Assembly: GCA_043821365.1 (NCBI GenBank)
Contig: JBDRCX010000006.1
Span: 64,001-128,000 of the forward strand
DNA from: Candidatus Micrarchaeota archaeon
Lineage (GTDB): Archaea > Micrarchaeota > Micrarchaeia > Anstonellales > Bilamarchaeaceae
Direction: 5' to 3'
Length of the DNA: 64,000 nt
Shown: in pieces, positions 1 through 9,349 of the stretch
Numbering within the stretch: position 1 is the stretch's first letter
Layout of the letters: the number at the start of each line of letters is the position of its first letter
Notes under the pieces: model-generated
Databases searched by the model: none
The model's input: only the letters and a program-made list of their open reading frames with translations
What the model was told of the DNA's origin: nothing
Translations under genes and position numbers: made by a program

Positions 1-2
1 AT

Positions 3-1487
3 ATAACTGATATTTATATTGACAGCGAAAACTCTCCTTTGTACGTAGAACATGCAAAATATGGCCTGTGCCACACATTATACAGGTATAATAGAGATTT
101 GCTAGATAGATGTTTCAGAAATATAGTCTATACACTTAAGGGCACTAGAAAATTTGATGAAAGCAACCCGATTGTTGATGTTGTACTAAAAAGACTTTCA
201 ATGAGATGCCACTTACAAAGACCTCCAGCTACATTCGGTGAATTGCAAGCTGCTTTGAGAATTATGAAAGAACAGCCATTTACATATGCACAATATTTAA
301 ACTTTAATTCATTTACCCCGTTTTTTGCAGGCTATGACGATACAATGGTAACCTTAGGTTGTTCTGAAGCAGTTCTTGGATTAAAAGGTGTTGGAAAAAC
401 ATCATTCACTGCAGCAAAAATTACCTCTATTGGAACTAGAAGAAGAATCATACCAGTTCAGGATATTGAAGAAATTCCAGTACGTGCATTTAGAAAACGT
501 GGATTCCATATTGGTGCTGCGAGGGTTCAGAGTTCAGATGTCGAAGAATCCCACACAAAAGAATTAGACCTTGTTGCAATGGCCAATGCTCTTCTGCGTA
601 TGGGTGATGCTGCACTTATTATTAACGAAGTTAGATCACGTGTTGCAGTGCAGGGTATTATCAACTTACTTAATACCCAGCCAGGTGTTTTCCTTTTATA
701 CAATCTACACGCAGAATCACTTCGAGACATTCAAGATAGATTGGAACTGGTATTTGGACTTCCAGCTGCCAGCATGTATGCCACTGATAGATATACCTTC
801 TTGAAAAAAGTAAGATTTGGAAGAAAAGGAAGGATATATCGTGTGGTTGGTTTTGAATTTGAAAGTGACATTGAAGAGAAAAAATTCGTGGAGATATTTA
901 GGTTTAGAAGAGGGGAAAACATAAATAGCTGTACTTGGGAAGCAAAATTCCTTAGAAACCCTGAAGCAAGTATGTGGAATTTTGATAAAGTAGATATAAA
1001 GAAGTTGATGAAGGAAATTGACATTTCTTTTGTACCCCCAGCACTTGGAAGAAGAAGTGAAGAAAGTGGAATTTCACCAGAACAGTATATGCTTCAGGCA
1101 TTCTGGAAAGGAAAAATGTACTATGATATATACAAACTTAGTAAACAGATGAATGATAAACTAATGCTTGAACTTGATTTTGTCCTCAAAGTGAATACTG
1201 CGGCAGGTAGACTACTTGTTTCAATGGAACAGGAACAGGGTGAAATTGATTTTGGAGAAGCATGGGATAGATGGGGACCAATCTTCAAAGATGTTGTAAA
1301 GAAAGACCTTGAAAAACGAAAATTAGGTGTGCCTGAAATACCAGATGAGCCAGAACTACCACAACCAGAAGATGATATCGATGATGGTGATGAACCACCA
1401 GAAGATGAAGAAATGGTTGAAGATCCAAGAATGAAAACTTTGAGAGAACGATTAAGACAAAAGAAATTGGAAACAAAGAAAAAATAG
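3..1487 (+). CDS. Type II/IV secretion (pilus assembly) ATPase, VirB11/CpaF/FlaI-like, 5'-truncated by window edge
   Basis: Frame is open from position 3 (ITDIYIDSENSPLYVEH..KYGLC); Walker A-like GLKGVGKTS, Walker B-like ALIINEVR; acidic Pro-rich C-tail. Confidence 0.7.
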   Translation: MTDIYIDSENSPLYVEHAKYGLCHTLYRYNRDLLDRCFRNIVYTLKGTRKFDESNPIVDVVLKRLSMRCHLQRPPATFGELQAALRIMKEQPFTYAQYLNFNSFTPFFAGYDDTMVTLGCSEAVLGLKGVGKTSFTAAKITSIGTRRRIIPVQDIEEIPVRAFRKRGFHIGAARVQSSDVEESHTKELDLVAMANALLRMGDAALIINEVRSRVAVQGIINLLNTQPGVFLLYNLHAESLRDIQDRLELVFGLPAASMYATDRYTFLKKVRFGRKGRIYRVVGFEFESDIEEKKFVEIFRFRRGENINSCTWEAKFLRNPEASMWNFDKVDIKKLMKEIDISFVPPALGRRSEESGISPEQYMLQAFWKGKMYYDIYKLSKQMNDKLMLELDFVLKVNTAAGRLLVSMEQEQGEIDFGEAWDRWGPIFKDVVKKDLEKRKLGVPEIPDEPELPQPEDDIDDGDEPPEDEEMVEDPRMKTLRERLRQKKLETKKK

Positions 1488-1490
1488 ATC

Positions 1491-2648
1491 TTATTTATTA
1501 TTTTTCATATATTTTTCAATTCGATTCATTGCTTCATTTATTTGTTCAGGTGAACCAAGGAAAACAACCCTGAAGTATTTCCCTTTGAGTGTTGGTGCAA
1601 ATCCAGAGCCTGGGACTGCAACCACACCTGCTTTCAGTAACCCATGAATAAATTCAACATCATTCTTCCAAGGACCTTCTACTTTTATGAATGCATAGAA
1701 AGCACCTTTAGGTGAAGCAAGGCTGAGACCTGGGATCTCACTTACTCTTTTTGCTAGAATATCTCTTCGTTCTTTCAATTGAGCATTAAACTTGGCAATG
1801 TGATCATGTGGTCCTTTAAGTGCAGCAGTATATGCTCTTTGCATCTCCCAATTTACTGATAGTCTTTGGTTGCATAACCTTTGGACTGCATCCTTAATAC
1901 CATCCCATTTATCTCCATGGAATGCTACATACCCAACACGTGCACCTGGATAGATGTAATTTTTAGATAACGAATTACCAGAAATTAATGGAACGTCTTT
2001 ATGAATTTCACGAAGATTTGTGTATTCTCCATCAAAAACAAGTTTCTCATATGCATCATCTGAGATTATTGGGAGGTTGTGTTCTCCTGCAATATTAACA
2101 ATTTCCTGGAGTGTTTTTCTTGAATAAACTGCACCAGTTGGATTATTTGGATTAATAACCAAAATTGCTTTTGTAAATTTATTTATACCTCTTCTGAGGC
2201 TGTCAGTATCTGGCTCGAAAGTTTCATCACAATCATAGAATTCAACAGTACCATAACTTAGTCTTTCTTTTGTAAGATAAAGTGGGTATGTTGGAACAGG
2301 AAGAAGAATATTCCTACCAGGATCAACTAATGCCTGGAAAAGAAAATCAATTCCTTCGCTCAGACCAGATGTTATGAAAACATCTTCGTGAGAGGTTTTT
2401 TCATATTCTGCAATTGCTTTACGAAGATCATGATCTCCTTCGGATGGAGCATAACCAGAATAATTTTGTTTAAGTGCTTCTGCAGCTGCATCAAGAATAT
2501 GTTGCGGTGGTCTAAAACCAAATGGAGCAGGATCACCAATATTAAGATAAACCATTTCGGTTCCTTGTTTTTCCAAACGTTTTGCTTCCTGGACTATATC
2601 TCTAATTGGGTATGAAACTAATTCACTTCTCATAGATGGTTCAATCAT
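1491..2648 (-). CDS. PLP-dependent aminotransferase class I/II (AlaA/AspC-like)
   Basis: LNIGDP, NPNNPTG, DDAY, SLSK(PLP Lys)NYIYPGARVG; start moved to ATG 2648, which follows GGAGGT. Confidence 0.9.
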   Translation of the reverse strand: MIEPSMRSELVSYPIRDIVQEAKRLEKQGTEMVYLNIGDPAPFGFRPPQHILDAAAEALKQNYSGYAPSEGDHDLRKAIAEYEKTSHEDVFITSGLSEGIDFLFQALVDPGRNILLPVPTYPLYLTKERLSYGTVEFYDCDETFEPDTDSLRRGINKFTKAILVINPNNPTGAVYSRKTLQEIVNIAGEHNLPIISDDAYEKLVFDGEYTNLREIHKDVPLISGNSLSKNYIYPGARVGYVAFHGDKWDGIKDAVQRLCNQRLSVNWEMQRAYTAALKGPHDHIAKFNAQLKERRDILAKRVSEIPGLSLASPKGAFYAFIKVEGPWKNDVEFIHGLLKAGVVAVPGSGFAPTLKGKYFRVVFLGSPEQINEAMNRIEKYMKNNK

Positions 2649-2733
2649 GTGAAAACCTCCCGAAAATAGGGATTCATCTACCAAATCAATTAACCAGATA
2701 TATTCTGGAATCTTTTTATTAATGTCGTAATTG

Positions 2734-2796
2734 CATCGATTATGATAATCTGGAACGAACGACGTTCCAGACTTGTTGATACGTCATAAGTCGATG
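2734..2796. other. Nested inverted-repeat element (possible structured RNA or REP-like element)
   Basis: Outer CATCGATTATGA (2734-2745) pairs with TCATAAGTCGATG (2784-2796, one bulge); inner TCTGGAACG/CGTTCCAGA (2749-2771). Confidence 0.5.
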
Positions 2797-2797
2797 G

Positions 2798-3133
2798 TCA
2801 TCTCGGTGAGATTGAAAATGTAAATCTTTTCGATGTCCCGTAATATATTGTTGTTTTGGATAAGGAAGCTAATATGGTGTGGTTATTGCCAGAACGGCAA
2901 TTTGTGAATTCAATACCATTAATGAAAAAACAAAGATTTGTCTTGTTGCCCATTATCTCCATGTCTGATTCAATTTTAATTCTACTAAGATCAGACATGT
3001 CCTGGAAATTATTTCTTAGATAGAGTACACGCCAACTATCCTGAGCCAGTTGAAAATTGTAGAGTAGATTGGACGACTGGTATGGTTCAGGTATAATTGA
3101 AACTATGATTATTGTAAAAAATAATAACGACAA
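2798..3133 (-). CDS. Small pilin-like protein, N-terminal hydrophobic helix
   Basis: Hydrophobic N-terminus (..IQSIEAF)LSLLFFTIIIVSII; last of four coupled small ORFs; start uncertain. Confidence 0.5.
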   Translation of the reverse strand: MSLLFFTIIIVSIIPEPYQSSNLLYNFQLAQDSWRVLYLRNNFQDMSDLSRIKIESDMEIMGNKTNLCFFINGIEFTNCRSGNNHTILASLSKTTIYYGTSKRFTFSISPR

Positions 3134-3154
3134 AAACGCTTCTATTGATTGTAT

Positions 3155-3580
3155 TTAACCACCACAAACAAAAAGCTGTTTTATTTCTTTTTCATCTCCA
3201 GTAACAACGATACGGTAGATACAGATAGGATATGTTTCTGAAGGAGGATTTGTCCCCAAGTAAAGTTTGGATAGGTCTGTTTTTTCCCTTAGATTTTCAG
3301 TTAGATTTTTATTTAATTTTTGTTCATCAATCCAGTTTGGATATTTCACATCATTAATATGTATTGCCGCACTGTTTTTTACCACATTATCTGCTATTGC
3401 AATAATCTTATTCATTATTTTTTGATGACGAGCATTCGTTGCATCTGTACTTGACAAAATAGAAATAGTCTTAGTAAGAAGGAAAATTATCAAAATGACT
3501 GATAGTAGGCTAATTAATCCATCAAGAGCAATAAAACCATTATACTGGTTGGGCCTTGTCTGATTCAAAAACACCACCAA
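3155..3580 (-). CDS. Pilin-like protein (class III signal peptide-like)
   Basis: NG|FIALDGLISLLSVILIIFLL, followed by a small globular domain. Confidence 0.55.
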   Translation of the reverse strand: MVVFLNQTRPNQYNGFIALDGLISLLSVILIIFLLTKTISILSSTDATNARHQKIMNKIIAIADNVVKNSAAIHINDVKYPNWIDEQKLNKNLTENLREKTDLSKLYLGTNPPSETYPICIYRIVVTGDEKEIKQLFVCGG

Positions 3581-3830
3581 CCTCGATAATTTTACTTCCG
3601 TTAGTTATATGAAGTTTGTTTTGCTCTATACTAAAATAGCCATCAAAAGTAGCTTCCACTCCATCATTCAGAGCGCAATCAATTGCTATTGCCATGGAAT
3701 GTGCTTTGTTTATGTCATTCTGGGAGTATATGGAAGATTTATCCATTTCAAAGAGAATTGCCCCGGTTAATATTATTATTAGAATAAATGAAATAAAAAA
3801 TATCATGAAAAATTCTACAGTTAATGACAA
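3540..3830 (-). CDS. Small pilin-like membrane protein
   Basis: LTVEFFMIFFISFILIIILTG hydrophobic N-terminus with Glu; overlaps both neighbours. Confidence 0.5.
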   Translation of the reverse strand: MSLTVEFFMIFFISFILIIILTGAILFEMDKSSIYSQNDINKAHSMAIAIDCALNDGVEATFDGYFSIEQNKLHITNGSKIIEVGGVFESDKAQPV

Positions 3831-4381
3831 GAAACCACCAGTTCTGGCAAAGTAGAATTCACTGAAATAAATATAGAATCAAGAGCCAGCTGAATTTTAT
3901 TTAATTTTATATAATCAAGAGAAAACATATTTTTTGCAAGCGGGTCTAATTTCAGGATTGTTGATATCGAAGGAGCTGAAAACGAAACAGAAAAATCAGG
4001 ATCAAATTCGTGATTTAATAGGCTAGAAATTTTCATATTTGATGAGCCTGCTGCACTTAGCCGCGCTTCATTCTCTCTAAAACATAACGAACACAAATGA
4101 TCATCACAATAGTTTGGATGATCTCTATCATAACTACAAAAATTATCTTTACAATGCATACACATTCTCACATCATGACTTAGATCATATTTTACAAATC
4201 CTTCCATTGCACCTTGTAAAGCACTCTCGATAATTGCTTCTTTTACATTCATAGATAGTGCATATGATCTTTCAATAGCCAATGCTTTGGAAAAATCAAA
4301 TTTATTAGACAGATTAGCCATTGTAGTAAATATAAGCAGAAGAGAAACAAATACCAGTAGAAACGAAAAGTAACCTTTCAT
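3821..4381 (-). CDS. Pilin-like protein with Cys-rich insert
   Basis: MKG|YFSFLLVFVSLLLIF; CMHCKDNFC...YCDDHLCSLC. Confidence 0.55.
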   Translation of the reverse strand: MKGYFSFLLVFVSLLLIFTTMANLSNKFDFSKALAIERSYALSMNVKEAIIESALQGAMEGFVKYDLSHDVRMCMHCKDNFCSYDRDHPNYCDDHLCSLCFRENEARLSAAGSSNMKISSLLNHEFDPDFSVSFSAPSISTILKLDPLAKNMFSLDYIKLNKIQLALDSIFISVNSTLPELVVSCH

Positions 4382-4464
4382 TCATCCCCCGGATTTGCTC
4401 TCAGCTAAAATTAAAATGTCTTTTGTTTAGCTGGAAAATGATAAAAATTAAGAAAAAAAGCTTT

Positions 4465-4647
4465 TCACTTTACTTTTACTGCATAACTGCCAACAACATT
4501 TATCCCTATAACTTTGGCAACTTCTGAACGTTCTGCATCAATAACAACAATCATCCCCGAATATTTTTCTGAAAGTTCACCCTGGCACTTTGGACAGGTT
4601 TTATCTTTTGTATGAACGATATATCTACATTGTTTACAGGCACTCAT
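4465..4647 (-). CDS. spt4: Transcription elongation factor Spt4 (RpoE'')
   Basis: Zn ribbon ACKQC...CPKC and YSGMIVVIDAERSEVAK; directly downstream of rpoE'. Confidence 0.92.
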   Translation of the reverse strand: MSACKQCRYIVHTKDKTCPKCQGELSEKYSGMIVVIDAERSEVAKVIGINVVGSYAVKVK

Positions 4648-5219
4648 TTCTCTTCACCTTTTTTCTTTTCTTTTTTTGGAGCTGCCTTTGCTTCCAACCA
4701 TTCTGGTCTTCCAAGTCCATCTGGTCTCATGGTCAAACCAATCTTTGTATCTGAAGAAGTTGATTTTAAACTTACAGTTGAAACCTTGACAATTAGTTCA
4801 TCTCCTTTTTTTATTACCTTTTTCAGAACTTTTGAACCAAGAGTTTTTGCTTTCTTATCATAATAGAATTTTTCTTTATCAATCTGTGAAACATGTAAAA
4901 GTCCTTGGAACGGACCAATAGATGCGAATGCACCGAATTCAACAATTTCTTTTACTTCTGCCTTGTAGACCTCATTTACCATTGGATAGAAACAAAGTGC
5001 TTCATACTGAACAGAATAATATGCACCACTGTCACCTGGAATGATGGTACCATCAGAAACAACTTTTGGATTGTTAATTGATAATATAATACCAAGATCT
5101 TTGTAAATGCGACCTTCATACCTTTCTCTTACGATTGCCTGAACTGCATTCTCAAGCTCACTGCCAAACATTGATGGCGGTACTCTAATCCGATCTTCAA
5201 CTGTTTTTGTATAATACAT
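4644..5219 (-). CDS. rpoE1: DNA-directed RNA polymerase subunit E' (Rpo7)
   Basis: RIRVPP..FG, S1 domain EIVEFGAFASIGPFQGLLHVSQI, KIGLTMRPDGLG; ATG 5219 follows GGAGG. Confidence 0.95.
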   Translation of the reverse strand: MYYTKTVEDRIRVPPSMFGSELENAVQAIVRERYEGRIYKDLGIILSINNPKVVSDGTIIPGDSGAYYSVQYEALCFYPMVNEVYKAEVKEIVEFGAFASIGPFQGLLHVSQIDKEKFYYDKKAKTLGSKVLKKVIKKGDELIVKVSTVSLKSTSSDTKIGLTMRPDGLGRPEWLEAKAAPKKEKKKGEEK

Positions 5220-5380
5220 GAAATTTTCCTCCTGCTTCACACCGGTTAAAATTTCATTAAACTTCTACCGGCAATATTGAGGATTAGTTCCTCCGTCATT
5301 CGCCTCACGAGATTTTCGTGGGAGAGTCTAGCTAATTTTTTAGCAAGTAATATGAGAATGGATTAGTTTAAATGGCTTAC

Positions 5381-6901
5381 TTATGGTGGGCAGACAGTAG
5401 GTGGCATGTTTTTTCGGCCTTCACAGAAGTCATTGAATTCTGGTTCATATACTTTCTCCCCTTCACCAACATAGCGATACCACTTTCTAACTTCATGGTC
5501 ATAGTACCACCAAATGACCTCTCCGTCAATTACATTTAATCTGTTATGCTCAAACGCATAACGAATATCATTTGCCAGTCGTCTTCCAGTCATGTCATTC
5601 ATTGATTCGGCTTCTTTAATTTCAGCATAAAAACCAAGCTCACGAACAGAAAAATCCTGGAACCCATAAATAAATGGTCCTGCCAGAGGACTTTCGCAAT
5701 TTTTACCTGGAATTCTTCTACAGATAGCTGTTGCTTCTTCTTTATCAAGCCAATAATTTCTATCAGCGTCTGCATAAACAAGCACTCGTGCTTCCAATAA
5801 TTTTCTATTAAGATCAGTAATCTTGTTTCGTTCTGTCATGTATGCCCATACCACCAAACTCACAACTGCAGCTGTGGCTAGAATAATACTAGCATACTTA
5901 AATGCTGACCTTAGTCGTTGAATCCAATGTTTTTCAACAGCTTTTTTATCATATACCCCTTCGCCAGTATTGACAATAACGATAGTATCTTTTGCACCTA
6001 AACCATATCCTCTAGAATATTGCATTGCTCCTGCAAATGCAATAGCAGCAGATGGTTCAGAATGTATTCCAATTTCCTGTAATCTTCTGTACATTCTGAG
6101 TATATCTCTATCTTTTACAGTTATAAGTTCAAGTTTGTTAGCACTTTGAAGATCACGCACTAATTCAGAATACGGAGAACATGGAGTCACAATTTTATCA
6201 GCTATGCTTCGATCACGTTTTTTTGAAAAACGTTTACCAGAAATATGAGCATTAGTAGGAATTGATACTCCTATAATTTTAGGTGCATCTTCTCCCCAAA
6301 GATTTGATGCCTCAACTACCAGCTCAATTGCAAGTTCTGCACTACCAACAGGACAAACAATATGTGATGGTGGACTAGGAATACCACGAGCTGCAAGGTC
6401 TCTCTGAATCTCTTGGATTATTGTCCTATAACCAGTATCAAGTTGATAACTTTCAACCATACGAACTTCTTCATCAGTACAATCAGTGAGTCTCTTTGCA
6501 ATTGACCGCATTTCATCTTGAGTAAGTTCATGATTGGTGAGATCCATTTCGTGGACAAATGAGCATTCTTTTAATCTATCTTTAATGACTTTTGGAAGAT
6601 CTTTTGAAACTATATTCACAACTTTAACTCGGAAACTTTTCCAATCTCTCCCTTCTGATTCAGCAAGAGTTTTTGTTAACTGACCCATACTAAGACCAGA
6701 GTTCCCACATGTAATATGTATAAGAACTGCTTTCTCATCTGGTTTGACAGTTGCTAGTAATGCCTCACATCGCCTGTCCTTGTGGGTGCCAGAAATTTCA
6801 TTAACACTTTCATCCTTTATGAAAGCTCTAGCACCGCGACACATGCCTGAAACCTGATGGTATTCACGTAATGGCGTATGCCCTATTCTGAGTAGTCTCA
6901 T
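5381..6901 (-). CDS. Fold-type II PLP enzyme (threonine synthase/cysteine synthase-like) with TM helix and C-terminal extension
   Basis: SGTHKDR (PLP Lys), TCGNSG, CPVGS, EPSAAIAFAG, IVNTGEG; then TM ASIILATAAVVSLVVWAYM. Confidence 0.7.
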   Translation of the reverse strand: MRLLRIGHTPLREYHQVSGMCRGARAFIKDESVNEISGTHKDRRCEALLATVKPDEKAVLIHITCGNSGLSMGQLTKTLAESEGRDWKSFRVKVVNIVSKDLPKVIKDRLKECSFVHEMDLTNHELTQDEMRSIAKRLTDCTDEEVRMVESYQLDTGYRTIIQEIQRDLAARGIPSPPSHIVCPVGSAELAIELVVEASNLWGEDAPKIIGVSIPTNAHISGKRFSKKRDRSIADKIVTPCSPYSELVRDLQSANKLELITVKDRDILRMYRRLQEIGIHSEPSAAIAFAGAMQYSRGYGLGAKDTIVIVNTGEGVYDKKAVEKHWIQRLRSAFKYASIILATAAVVSLVVWAYMTERNKITDLNRKLLEARVLVYADADRNYWLDKEEATAICRRIPGKNCESPLAGPFIYGFQDFSVRELGFYAEIKEAESMNDMTGRRLANDIRYAFEHNRLNVIDGEVIWWYYDHEVRKWYRYVGEGEKVYEPEFNDFCEGRKNMPPTVCPP

Positions 6902-6958
6902 ATCTCTCCATAATAGTTGTGGTTGTTAGTGTTTTTAAATGTGGTGTTTGATGAGTAT

Positions 6959-6980
6959 TGTCGTATTACTTTGTTCAACA
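6959..6980. promoter_or_regulatory. Putative operator upstream of the first A+B pair
   Basis: TGTCGTATTACTTTGTTCAACA matches the reverse complement of 9328-9349 at 16/22, including the first 10 nt. Confidence 0.5.
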
Positions 6981-7013
6981 GAAGAATAAGAACAAAAAAT
7001 GGGAAATTAAAAC

Positions 7014-7751
7014 ATGGAAATAAATCGTGCATTCAGATCAACAACAAAAATTTTACTTGGACAAGAACTTGGACCAGTGGAAGAATACCATGGATTTCTT
7101 AGTAGATATATTGATCTTCCAGTAGAGACAAAATCAATTCTATCAGGAAAGCCAGTTTATCTTGCAGCAGAAACAAAAAAGAAAATTATATCAAACGAAG
7201 AAATGAGTAAGTTGTCTTTGCCTTCGGTAAGTATCAATGAAATAAAAGATATTGATTCCCTTTTTCATGCAGTTCAAGAAAATTTTCATCATGCAGGAAA
7301 TAAGATTGGGGGTCAGTTCAAAGAAATTAATCGATCAGATGAATGTTATGATGTTTATTTCATTAACAATTGCCTCAATGTTTACGAAACTCAATATGCT
7401 TCAAATTGTCAAATGATGAAGGATACTAAATATGTTTTTGGTTGTGCCTGGGGGGTGGAAAATACTTTTGGGATTAATACGAATGAATTCTACAAAGTTT
7501 CGAGAGTATTTGAATCAACGATGGTTCTTCATTCTAATGATGTCTACTACTCTTACAATTGTAGAAATTGCCATGATGTAATGTTTTGTATGAATCAAAG
7601 ATCAAAAAGAAATGCAATTGGGAATAATGAACTTTCAAAAGAAAAATATTTCGAATTGAAGAAAAAACTTCTTTCTGAAATTTGTGATCTGTTAATTAGG
7701 AAAAAAACTGCACCCGGCCATATGGATTTGTTTCAGGGGGTAAATGAATGA
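7014..7751 (+). CDS. Cys/Ser-rich hexapeptide-repeat protein, single A unit
   Basis: TTKILLGQELG, SINEIKDIDS, FCMNQRSKRNAIGN shared with paralogs. Confidence 0.85.
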   Translation: MEINRAFRSTTKILLGQELGPVEEYHGFLSRYIDLPVETKSILSGKPVYLAAETKKKIISNEEMSKLSLPSVSINEIKDIDSLFHAVQENFHHAGNKIGGQFKEINRSDECYDVYFINNCLNVYETQYASNCQMMKDTKYVFGCAWGVENTFGINTNEFYKVSRVFESTMVLHSNDVYYSYNCRNCHDVMFCMNQRSKRNAIGNNELSKEKYFELKKKLLSEICDLLIRKKTAPGHMDLFQGVNE

Positions 7752-8464
7752 ACATTCAGGAAAAATTTGATGGGACAGCATTAGTACTTTTTGGGACTGT
7801 ATTAGGTGAAATTGATGATTTTGAAAAAACTTTAAGCAAGAAACTACCAAGAACAGTTGGTGAGAAAGGACTAACTATACCACAATATGGCTCATTTAAA
7901 AAAATACCAAAAAACAAAGTTGTTCCAATAACTGAATTAGATAGAGTAGGACAACATAGGATAGAAATTGGACCTGGTGAAAATCTGGAAACCATCTCAG
8001 AAAAATGGTCGGAAAAAGCAATTTTTGTAGCAGATTTGAATGAAGGAATAAACAATGAGGTTATTGATTCTGCAATTTATTATAATCTGACAAATGCTTA
8101 CAAAATAATTGATTGTTTTAGTTCCAAACATATTGCATACTCTTTTTTCTCTGATAATTGCGATCATGCATTTGGAATAGAAAAATGCTTTGATTGTAGT
8201 TTTGTAATGAATGTAAGAGCATCCAGAAAAATAACAAGGGCATATGAAGTTGATTTTTCAGAGAACTGTAGTGACATAATGTTTTGCCATAATGTTGCAA
8301 ATGTTAAAGACTCATTATTTTGCCATAATGTAAAAAATCTGAGATATGCAGTGTTAAATAAAGTAGTTGGAAAGGAAGAGTATCTTAGAATAAAGAAAAT
8401 GGTAATTGAAGAAATAATAAAAAAATTAAAAACAAAAAATTCCTATTTTTTGGCATGTACTTGA
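7748..8464 (+). CDS. Cys/Ser-rich hexapeptide-repeat protein, single B unit (divergent)
   Basis: FCHNVKNLRYAVLN..VGKEEY; ATGA overlap with the upstream A gene. Confidence 0.85.
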   Translation: MNIQEKFDGTALVLFGTVLGEIDDFEKTLSKKLPRTVGEKGLTIPQYGSFKKIPKNKVVPITELDRVGQHRIEIGPGENLETISEKWSEKAIFVADLNEGINNEVIDSAIYYNLTNAYKIIDCFSSKHIAYSFFSDNCDHAFGIEKCFDCSFVMNVRASRKITRAYEVDFSENCSDIMFCHNVANVKDSLFCHNVKNLRYAVLNKVVGKEEYLRIKKMVIEEIIKKLKTKNSYFLACT

Positions 8465-8565
8465 ACGGCGTTCCGTTCAAGATAGTCAAAAAATTCCTAT
8501 TTTTTGGCATGTACTTGAACGGCGTTCCGTTCAAGATAGTCAAAAAATTCCTATTTTTTGGCATG
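8433..8565. repeat. 54-bp tandem repeat (2 full copies + 25-bp partial), two hairpins per unit
   Basis: Units start at 8433, 8487 and 8541; contain CAAAAAAT/ATTTTTTG and CTTGAACGG/CCGTTCAAG; span the stops of two convergent genes. Confidence 0.95.
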
Positions 8566-9309
8566 CTTCCATAAAAGCTCAAACTGTCTGCGGTAGGCTT
8601 CTGCAAGATCCTTTCCACGAATAATAATCCCGTGGAATGGTTCTGAAAATGTAATAAAAGCAACATTATCACCATAGATAAAAGTTGCTGTTGGACTGAA
8701 GAATTCAGATGATAAAAACCTGTATTCAGTGGTACCATAATCCTTTCCTGGAAGAAATCGATCACCTTCCCTAACAAGGACCCGTTCTTTGAGTTTGTGT
8801 TTTTTTAGAAGAAGGAAAATTTTGCTAAGGCCAATGGGATCTGCATCCATGAATTTTTTTTCATCTACACCCATAACAAGATCCTCACCACCGGTACGGA
8901 TAAGGGTTTCAATAACATCCATCATTATGGCTCGCACTGCTTTTTTACCGCTAAAAAGTTCAACCACTGAACGATCTTTCGAAGTGCCTGCTATTTTTGT
9001 AAGTTTTGGCATTATTTTTTTTACATTCTCATCAAATGAACTTGCCCAAGATAGAAATTCAGTTGGTGGAGCTGCATTGTAAAGTCTAACTTTATCTTTG
9101 ATAATAAAACTAACCAAACCTTTTTCAGAGAGTTTTTTCAAAGTGTCATAAACATATGGCCTATAGATACCAGAATATTGTGCAATTGTAGACACTGTTG
9201 CTTCGCCAATTCTCAGAAGAGTTAGATAGGCCAATGCTTCATTTTTTGTAAATCCAAGTTTGGTTAATGATTCTATTTCTTCTTCAAATGCCATAGTTAA
9301 TTTATGCAA
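8551..9309 (-). CDS. TrmB-family transcriptional regulator
   Basis: LGFTKNEALAYLTLL...SGIYRPYVYDTLKKLSEKGLV wHTH, then C-terminal effector-type domain. Confidence 0.88.
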   Translation of the reverse strand: MHKLTMAFEEEIESLTKLGFTKNEALAYLTLLRIGEATVSTIAQYSGIYRPYVYDTLKKLSEKGLVSFIIKDKVRLYNAAPPTEFLSWASSFDENVKKIMPKLTKIAGTSKDRSVVELFSGKKAVRAIMMDVIETLIRTGGEDLVMGVDEKKFMDADPIGLSKIFLLLKKHKLKERVLVREGDRFLPGKDYGTTEYRFLSSEFFSPTATFIYGDNVAFITFSEPFHGIIIRGKDLAEAYRRQFELLWKHAKK

Positions 9310-9327
9310 TATAGCTATTTTTATGTT

Positions 9328-9349
9328 TGTCGTTCTTACTAATACGACA
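9328..9349. promoter_or_regulatory. Inverted repeat TGTCGT-N10-ACGACA, putative operator
   Basis: 6-bp arms in the divergent TrmB/HTH_10 intergenic region. Confidence 0.55.

Noticed and set aside
5291-5345. Short hairpins CACGA/TCGTG and GCTAA/TTAGC upstream of rpoE'
   Set aside because: 5-bp stems are within chance expectation.
6917-7102. 61-aa ORF upstream of gene 7014
   Set aside because: It overlaps the promoter and the start of 7014 in another frame; no supporting features.
8433-8565. Mini-CRISPR array
   Set aside because: The putative spacers are identical, the repeat includes the coding end of TrmB, and no cas genes or leader are present in the window.
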